This document shows, piece after piece, positions 48,845-55,222 of a DNA stretch of 55,222 nucleotides (the stretch's first letter is position 1; every line of letters starts with the position of its first letter). The notes under the pieces were generated by a model. The model was not told the DNA's origin and did no database searches. It saw only the letters and a program-made list of their open reading frames with translations. The stretch comes from Candidatus Eiseniibacteriota bacterium. GTDB lineage: Bacteria; Orphanbacterota; Orphanbacteria; Orphanbacterales; Orphanbacteraceae. The translations under genes and the position numbers were made by a program. The stretch spans positions 1-55,222 of the forward strand of contig JBDROZ010000011.1 of assembly GCA_043809585.1 (NCBI GenBank), given 5' to 3'.

Positions 48845-51526
48845 ATGTCGGACATTCTCGACCACACGTTCAAACACCAGCTCTACGACGTCGACCCGGA
48901 AGAGACGAAGGAGTGGATCGAATCCCTCGACCGGGTGCTCGAGAAGGAAGGGCCGAACCGGGCCCGTTTTCTTCTCCGCAAGGTGCTGAAGCGGGCGCGC
49001 ATGCAGCACCTCGGGCTCGAGCTGGTCCAGACGCCCTACATCAACACCATCTCGCCCGAACAGGAGCCGGAGTTTCCCGGCGACGAGGCGATGGAGAAGA
49101 GGATCCGCCGGATGGTCCGGTGGAACGCCATGGCCATGGTAAGCCGGGCCAACGCGCGTTTCGACGGGATCGGTGGCCACCTTTCGACCTACGCCTCCGC
49201 CGCTTCCCTGTACGAAGTCGGATTCAACCACTTCTTCCGGGGCAAGCTCGGCGGGAAGCCGGGGGACATGGTCTTCTACCAGGGGCACGCGGCCCCCGGC
49301 ATTTACGCCAGGGCCTTCCTCGAGGGGCGGCTGACGGAGGAGCAGCTCGACCACTTCCGGCGCGAGGCGGGGGGCGGGGGGCTCTCCTCCTACTGCCATC
49401 CCCGCCGCATGCCCGGGTTCTGGGAGTTCCCTACGGTGAGCATGGGTCTCGGCCCGATCAACGCGATCTACCAGGCCCGCTTCAATCGCTATCTTCAAGC
49501 CCGGGGTCTCGCCGACACTTCGGAGAGCCGGGTATGGTGCTTCCTCGGCGACGGCGAGACGGACGAGCCGGAAGCGCTCGGCGCGCTCCGCATCGCGGCG
49601 AACGACAGGCTCGACAACCTGACTTTCGTGGTGAACTGCAACCTCCAGCGCCTCGACGGGCCGGTGCGGGGGAACGGCAAGATCATCCAGGAGCTCGAGG
49701 CGGCCTTCCGCGGCTCCGGCTGGAACGTGATCAAGGTGATCCTCGGGCGGGAGTGGGACGACCTCCTCAAGAAGGACGAGCAGGGCGTGCTCGTGGAGCG
49801 GCTCGACACGGTCGTGGACGGCTGGTTCCAGCGCTACAGCGTGGAGGGCCCCGAATTCACGAGAGAGCATTTCTTCGGCGCCGACGAGCGCCTCGCGAAG
49901 CTGGTCGAAGATCTTTCGGATGACGACATCTGGCACCTCCGCCGGGGGGGGCACGACTACCGGAAGGTGTACGCTGCGTACCGCCTCGCCGCGCTGCACG
50001 AAATCGAACCGACGGTGATCCTCGTGAAGACCGTGAAGGGATGGGCCCTCGGGTCGGGCTTCGAGGGAAAAAACGTCACGCACCAGCTGAAGAAGCTGAA
50101 CACGGAGCAGCTGAAGGCGTTCCGTGACAAGCTCGAGCTGCCGATCCCCGACGGGGACCTGGAGGAGCTCCCCCCCTACTACCGGCCCCCGGAGGAGAGC
50201 CCCGAGCGGCGCTACCTCTGCGAACGCCGAACGGCGCTGAACGGTTCGATCCCGTTTCGCCGGGAGAAAGCGCCGGTGCCGGATCTCCCCGGCGACGGTC
50301 TCTACGCCGAGTTCCGGGAGGGAACGCCGGAGGGCCAGGACGTGTCGACGACGATGGTCTTCGTCCGGCTCCTGCGGAAACTTCTCCGGGACGAGAAGTT
50401 CGGCGGCCTCGTGGTGCCGATCATTCCGGACGAGGCGCGGACCTTCGGCATGGAGTCCCTCTTCAAAGAGGAGGGGATCTACGCCCCCCAGGGACAACTC
50501 TACGAGCCGGTGGACCACAACCTGATCCTCCGCTACCGCGAGGCGAAGGACGGCCGGATCCTCGAGGAGGGGATCACCGAGGCGGGCGCCCTGGCGAGCT
50601 TCACCGCCGCCGCCACCGCCTACGCCACGCACGGCGTGCGGACCGTCCCCTTCTACATCTTCTACTCCATGTTCGGATTCCAGCGGGTGGGGGACGCGAT
50701 ATGGGCGTGCGGAGACTCTCTCGGACGGGGCTTCCTCCTCGGCGCCACGGCGGGAAGGACGACGCTGGCCGGCGAGGGGCTGCAGCATAACGACGGGCAC
50801 AGCCCGCTCGTGGCGACGACGGTGCCGAACATGCGGGTCTACGATCCCTGTTTCGCCTACGAGCTCGCCGTCATCGTCCGGGAGGGATTGGAGGCGATGA
50901 TCGAGAGAGACGAGGACGCCCTCTACTACATCACTCTCTACAACGAAAACTACCGGATGGCGCCGATGCCGGAAGGTGTGGAGGAGGGGATCGTGCGGGG
51001 TCTCTACCGGCGCCGGGAGGCGCCGCCGGGGGCGAAGGTGACCCTCGCGGGGAGCGGCCCTATCCTCCGGGAGGTGGAGCGGGCGGCGGACATCCTCGCC
51101 GAGCGGTACGGGATCGGCGCCGAGGTGTGGAGCGTGACGAGCTGGCAGGCCCTCCGCGCCGACGCCCTGGACAAAGAGCGGCGGAACCGGCTCCACCCCG
51201 GAGAGGTTCCGAGGACACCCTACGTCACCGAGTGTTGGAAGGGGTCGCCCGGGCCGGTCGTCGCGGCCACGGACCACATGAAGGCGGTGCCCGATTCGGT
51301 GGCCCGTTGGGCCCCGAACGGCATCGTCCCCCTCGGCACCGACGGCTACGGGTTGTCGGACACGCGAAAGGCGCTCCGGCGCCACTTCGAAGTGGACGCG
51401 GAAAACGTGGTCGTCGCCGCCCTGGCGGAATTGGCGCGGCGGGGGGAGGCGGATGTGAAGACCGTGACGGAGGCCATCGCCGAATTCGGGATCGATCCCG
51501 ACCGGACCGATCCGGTCGACTACTAG
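48845..51526 (+). CDS. aceE: Pyruvate dehydrogenase E1, homodimeric type
   Basis: DVDPEETKEW, QGHAAPGIYARAFLEGRL, GDGETDE...NCNLQRLDG TPP motif, EEGITEAG. Confidence 0.96.
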   Translation: MSDILDHTFKHQLYDVDPEETKEWIESLDRVLEKEGPNRARFLLRKVLKRARMQHLGLELVQTPYINTISPEQEPEFPGDEAMEKRIRRMVRWNAMAMVSRANARFDGIGGHLSTYASAASLYEVGFNHFFRGKLGGKPGDMVFYQGHAAPGIYARAFLEGRLTEEQLDHFRREAGGGGLSSYCHPRRMPGFWEFPTVSMGLGPINAIYQARFNRYLQARGLADTSESRVWCFLGDGETDEPEALGALRIAANDRLDNLTFVVNCNLQRLDGPVRGNGKIIQELEAAFRGSGWNVIKVILGREWDDLLKKDEQGVLVERLDTVVDGWFQRYSVEGPEFTREHFFGADERLAKLVEDLSDDDIWHLRRGGHDYRKVYAAYRLAALHEIEPTVILVKTVKGWALGSGFEGKNVTHQLKKLNTEQLKAFRDKLELPIPDGDLEELPPYYRPPEESPERRYLCERRTALNGSIPFRREKAPVPDLPGDGLYAEFREGTPEGQDVSTTMVFVRLLRKLLRDEKFGGLVVPIIPDEARTFGMESLFKEEGIYAPQGQLYEPVDHNLILRYREAKDGRILEEGITEAGALASFTAAATAYATHGVRTVPFYIFYSMFGFQRVGDAIWACGDSLGRGFLLGATAGRTTLAGEGLQHNDGHSPLVATTVPNMRVYDPCFAYELAVIVREGLEAMIERDEDALYYITLYNENYRMAPMPEGVEEGIVRGLYRRREAPPGAKVTLAGSGPILREVERAADILAERYGIGAEVWSVTSWQALRADALDKERRNRLHPGEVPRTPYVTECWKGSPGPVVAATDHMKAVPDSVARWAPNGIVPLGTDGYGLSDTRKALRRHFEVDAENVVVAALAELARRGEADVKTVTEAIAEFGIDPDRTDPVDY

Positions 51527-51602
51527 AAGAGAACGGAGAAGGGCGTCAGTCGGCTCCATTCGAATTGGGTGAGGGACGCCAATCGCGGGCAAACGCCGCG
51601 CG

Positions 51603-54284
51603 CTACGCCTTCTTCGCCCCTCTTCTTCCCGGGTTGTCGCGGGGGGCCGGCATCGACTTCCTCATGAGGCCCTTCAGCCGCTCCTGGACCCGGCCGTAGA
51701 GCGATCCTCTCTTCCACTTGCCGTCGGCGGTCCGGACCCCCGCTTCGATCCCGGTGAGGATTTCGATCCCCTCTTCGATCCGGCCGACCGGCCAGACGTG
51801 GAATTCGCCCCTCTCCACCGCGGCGAGGACGTCCGCGTCAAGCATCAGGTCCTCCACGTTCGACTCGGGGATCAGGACGCCCTGGCTTCCCGTCAGCCCC
51901 CGCTCCGCGCAGAGCCGGAAGAAGCCCTCCACCTTCTCGTTCACGCCGCCGATCGCCTGGACGTCCCCCTTCTGGTTCACCGAGCCGGTGACCGCCACAT
52001 CCTGGCGGATCGGGACCTCGGCGATCGCCGAGAGAACGGCGTAAAGTTCGGTCGACGAGGCGCTGTCGCCGTCGACGCTCCCGTAGCTCTGCTCGAAGCA
52101 GACGCTCGCCGTGAGCGACAGGGGGGCGTTCCGGGCGAACACCTCCCGGAGGTATCCCCCGAGGATGAGAACGCCCTTGTCGTGGGTGCTGCCGGAGAGT
52201 TTCGCCTCCCGCTCCACGTTGATGATCCCCGCCTTGCCGACACCGACGGATGCGGTGATCCGGCTCGGGATGCCGAAGCGGTGGCCCCCGTGGGTGAGCA
52301 CGGCGAGGCCGTTCACCTGACCGACCCGCGCCCCTTCGGTATCGATGAGAACGATCCTCTCCTTCAGCCGCTCCCGGACCTTGTCCTCCAGAAGACCGAC
52401 CCGGCGGCGGCGCGCTCGGAGCGCCTCTTCCACATCCTCCTCCCCCACCTTCTTCTTCTTTCGCCGCAATGCCTGGTAGTGGGACTCCCGGATCACGTCG
52501 GCGATCTCGCCGAATCGGCTCGTCACCCGGGTCCGGCGGCCCGCCCGGCGCACCCCGTACTCGATCAGCCGCGAGACGGCGTCCCGGGTGAACGGCATCA
52601 ACTCCTCCCGCTCCGCCAGAAAGGCGACGAAAGAGGCGTACTGCTTCACCGACGTCTCGGTGAGGGGGATCTCATTATCGAAGTCGGCCCGGACCTTGAA
52701 GATCTTTCCGAACTCCTCGTCGTAGGCGTGGAGCAGGTAATAGAGCTGGGGCGGCCCGATGAAGATCACCTTCACGTCCACGGTGATCGGCTCCGGCTTG
52801 AGGCCGCCCGTGGAGAGCTGGAGCAACCCCTCGATCCCCTGAATCACCAGTTCCCGGTAGGTGAGAACCCGTTTCATCGTTTTCCACAGGCCCGGCTCCG
52901 AGAGGGCGTCCGCGGCGTTCAGCACCAGGTAGCCCCCGTCCGCCTGGAGCATGGCGCCCGCCTTGATCTTCGTGAAATCGGTGACCGCCTGCCCCCAACG
53001 GGTGACGTTCCTCTCGATCGTCCCGAACACGTTGTTGTAGGTAGGGTTCGTTTCCAGGACGACCGGGCACGGCTTCGTCTTCGAGTTGTCGAGCACCACG
53101 TTCACGCGATACGGGAGGTAGGGGTCCGCGGGCTCGGAAGCCCTCATCACCTCCGGCAGCCCATCGCCCTGGGGCGGGGTCTTCAGTTCGTCCCGGTGGA
53201 CGATGACATGCTCTTTCAGATCGTTCAGATACTCGGTGATCTTCTGGTCGTCGGCGTAATGCTCCCGGAGGTCCTCCACGTACCCGCCGATCAGGTCGGA
53301 AACCGTCTCCCGCTCGAGCTTCTCGATTCTCTCGACCATCTCCGCGTTGAGGCGCCGCGACTCCTTCATCACCTGCCGTATCCGCCTTCGGAACTCGCCG
53401 TCCTTCTTCCCGAGCTCTTCCAAGGTGACACCGCCCGGGAGGGTCACCTGTCCCGACTCGACGAGAAGCGCGAGCTGCTCGTAGGGAAAGGCCTTGTCCC
53501 CGACGGGGATCAGAATCTCCGGCCGTGTGATCGGTCCGACCGTGATCTGGCTCAGCACGAATCCGTTCGCCTTCAGTTCCTCTTCGAAACCGTGGAAGAT
53601 CTCCTTCTGCTTCTTGAGATAGGCCTCGGCCATCGCCTCCCGGCGCTCGACGAAGGGGCCGCTCTCGAGGATGGCCGGAAGCTCTTTTTGCGCGGCCTGC
53701 AAGAACCGCCCCATCCGGCGGGCGAAGCGGTTGCCCCCTCCCTGGGGAAAGGTGAGGAGCACCGGGTTGTAGGGGTTCTTGAAATTGTAGACGTAGGCGA
53801 AGTCCCGGGGCATGGCGCAGCGGGGGTGGATCTCCTCCAGGATCTTCTTCACCGTCGTCATTTTGCCCGTACCGGACATGCCGGCGACGTAGATGTTGTA
53901 TCCGGGGGAGGCGAGCTCGATGCCGAGGCGGAGCGCCTCCATCGCACGATCCTGGCCCATGATGTCCCTGAGTGGCTTCACCTTGGAGGTGTCGGCGAAG
54001 CCGAGCGTCTCGGCGTCGCACCGCCAGCAAAGGCGGTCCACGCCGAGACCGGAGCGCTTCGAAGCATGGACGAGACCGGCGGCTTCTTCCCCGGCCGACT
54101 TGTCCCCCTTCTCTTTCCGTTCCGTCTTCTCCCCGGACCGTTTCCGCGAGGAAGCCTTCTTCCCCGGCCCGCCCTTCTTCGGGCCGCCGCCCCGTACCAC
54201 CCTCTTCTTCGAGGGACCTTTCTTCTTCGCCGTCTTCGCCGTCTTCGCCGTCTTCGCCACGTTCTTCTTCCTCGAAGTCGCCAT
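51603..54284 (-). CDS. LonB/LonC-type ATP-dependent protease with Lys-rich N-terminal extension
   Basis: GQDRA, GMSGTGK, GQVNGL, VDGDSAS (Ser), IGGVNEKVEGFF (Lys). Confidence 0.92.
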   Translation of the reverse strand: MATSRKKNVAKTAKTAKTAKKKGPSKKRVVRGGGPKKGGPGKKASSRKRSGEKTERKEKGDKSAGEEAAGLVHASKRSGLGVDRLCWRCDAETLGFADTSKVKPLRDIMGQDRAMEALRLGIELASPGYNIYVAGMSGTGKMTTVKKILEEIHPRCAMPRDFAYVYNFKNPYNPVLLTFPQGGGNRFARRMGRFLQAAQKELPAILESGPFVERREAMAEAYLKKQKEIFHGFEEELKANGFVLSQITVGPITRPEILIPVGDKAFPYEQLALLVESGQVTLPGGVTLEELGKKDGEFRRRIRQVMKESRRLNAEMVERIEKLERETVSDLIGGYVEDLREHYADDQKITEYLNDLKEHVIVHRDELKTPPQGDGLPEVMRASEPADPYLPYRVNVVLDNSKTKPCPVVLETNPTYNNVFGTIERNVTRWGQAVTDFTKIKAGAMLQADGGYLVLNAADALSEPGLWKTMKRVLTYRELVIQGIEGLLQLSTGGLKPEPITVDVKVIFIGPPQLYYLLHAYDEEFGKIFKVRADFDNEIPLTETSVKQYASFVAFLAEREELMPFTRDAVSRLIEYGVRRAGRRTRVTSRFGEIADVIRESHYQALRRKKKKVGEEDVEEALRARRRRVGLLEDKVRERLKERIVLIDTEGARVGQVNGLAVLTHGGHRFGIPSRITASVGVGKAGIINVEREAKLSGSTHDKGVLILGGYLREVFARNAPLSLTASVCFEQSYGSVDGDSASSTELYAVLSAIAEVPIRQDVAVTGSVNQKGDVQAIGGVNEKVEGFFRLCAERGLTGSQGVLIPESNVEDLMLDADVLAAVERGEFHVWPVGRIEEGIEILTGIEAGVRTADGKWKRGSLYGRVQERLKGLMRKSMPAPRDNPGRRGAKKA
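54225..54258. repeat. 9-bp in-frame tandem repeat, (CTTCGCCGT)x3 plus a partial unit, encoding AKT repeats
   Basis: Read directly from the sequence; lies in the protease N-terminal tail. Confidence 0.9.
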
Positions 54285-54494
54285 CCCACCCTCATGGTGC
54301 GCCCCCCCGTCGGAGGGCGGTTTGAATCATCGAATCAGGGGTCGGTGCTTCCGGGGCTCCGGTCCGGTGTCCAACCTACCGGACTCCCTTCCTTCCGTCC
54401 AGACCTTCCGGGGGCCGCGCCGCTTCGTTGACACCCGATTCTTCGCGTGGTACGAGTGAGGGGGAGAACGGACCCGAACACGGGAGAAGTGAGC

Positions 54495-55007
54495 ATGTCC
54501 CTTTTCGTCCGGCGCATGATCCGGGCGGCCCGGCTCGACGCCGCGCTCTACGAAGAGGTGGAGGCGGACCGGAGCGCCCTCGGCTCGGCGACGCTCGTGG
54601 TGGTTCTTTCCGGCATCGCCACCGGCGTCATGTTCTCCCGGGGGGCGGGCCTCTTCGGTCTCGTCGCCGGGACCGTGACCGCCCTCGCCTCCTGGTTCGT
54701 CTGGGCATTCCTCACCTACCTGGTGGGAACCCGGCTCCTCCCGGAGGAAAAGACCGAGGCGGACGTGGGCGAGCTCCTCCGCACCCTCGGATTCGCCAGC
54801 ACCCCCGGCCTGATCCGGTTTCTCGGGGTCGTGCCTCATCTGGGCGCCCCTGTCTTCATCATCAGCCTGCTCTGGATGCTCGCGGCCATGGTGGTGGCGG
54901 TGCGTCAGGCCCTCGATTACGAGAGCACCCTCCGGGCCGTGGCGGTCTGCGCCATCGGCTGGGTCGTGAAGGTCCTGCTTCTCTGGCTGGTCCACACAGT
55001 GATTTGA
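54495..55007 (+). CDS. Yip1-family membrane protein
   Basis: RMIRAARLD...YEEVEAD, LLRTLGFASTPG, VVAVRQALDY; about five TM helices. Confidence 0.8.
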   Translation: MSLFVRRMIRAARLDAALYEEVEADRSALGSATLVVVLSGIATGVMFSRGAGLFGLVAGTVTALASWFVWAFLTYLVGTRLLPEEKTEADVGELLRTLGFASTPGLIRFLGVVPHLGAPVFIISLLWMLAAMVVAVRQALDYESTLRAVAVCAIGWVVKVLLLWLVHTVI

Positions 55008-55061
55008 TGAGGACCGGACGGGCCGGTTCGGGCGGCCCGCGCAGTATCGATCCCGGCGATC

Positions 55062-55145
55062 CTAGCCTGGATTATGCACAAATCTCCTACTGCGATCTCG
55101 GATCGCCGCCTGCGAAGCCTCCTTTCCTTCGCCGCCTCCTCGACG
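55062..55145. mobile_element. Half copy (E4) of element E3, opposite orientation
   Basis: CTAGCCTGGATTATGCACAAATCTCC...CTCCTCGACG matches the reverse complement of the right half of E3 (about 36332-36416) with few mismatches. Confidence 0.88.
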
Positions 55146-55222
55146 GGGCCCGTGGCGCACTTTCATCTTCTCGCGACCGCTCGGAGCGAGAAGTGTTAGT
55201 GCGCCGGGGGAGCCCCCCGGGC

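Noticed and set aside
17957-54431. Very long antisense ORFs (17957..20647, 33898..36114, 40229..43009, 48797..51592, 51798..54431)
   Set aside because: Shadow ORFs opposite well-supported genes, expected in GC-rich DNA; no recognisable motifs.

Overview
GC-rich bacterial chromosomal window with an outer-membrane (diderm) gene set. No transposase, integrase, reverse transcriptase or cas gene is visible. Genes, left to right: amidohydrolase (8-oxoguanine deaminase/AtzB-like), GDPD, GbsR-type regulator plus polyprenyl synthase, Ig-like lipoprotein, orphan tandem-domain microcompartment shell protein, SRPBCC protein, M28-PDZ peptidase, then a ~15 kb minus-strand run (acyl-CoA ligase, Omp85, T2SS/type IV pilus-like cluster, larE-queD-DJ-1-like-folE-DUF116), DUF1848, a duplicated-domain lipoprotein, peptide ABC transporter genes, polysaccharide deacetylase / PEGA-like / FN3 lipoprotein / sugar transferase, tRNA-Leu-tig-clpP-clpX-lon, MATE, oligoendopeptidase F, MBL hydrolase, aceE, a LonC-type protease and a Yip1 protein. 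Four genes are frameshifted at C/G homopolymers, most likely sequencing error. The most unusual signals are: (i) a 145-bp structured repeat (3 copies) with a near-invariant scaffold and an exactly 22-nt replaced, guide-like loop, inside inverted composite repeats flanking MATE+pepF; (ii) a family of ~180-bp TAG...CTA hairpin elements that conserve length, symmetry and bulge motifs but not stem sequence; (iii) an alternating 52-bp tandem array built from the end of one such element; and (iv) a tightly coupled larE-queD-folE operon lacking queE/queC.
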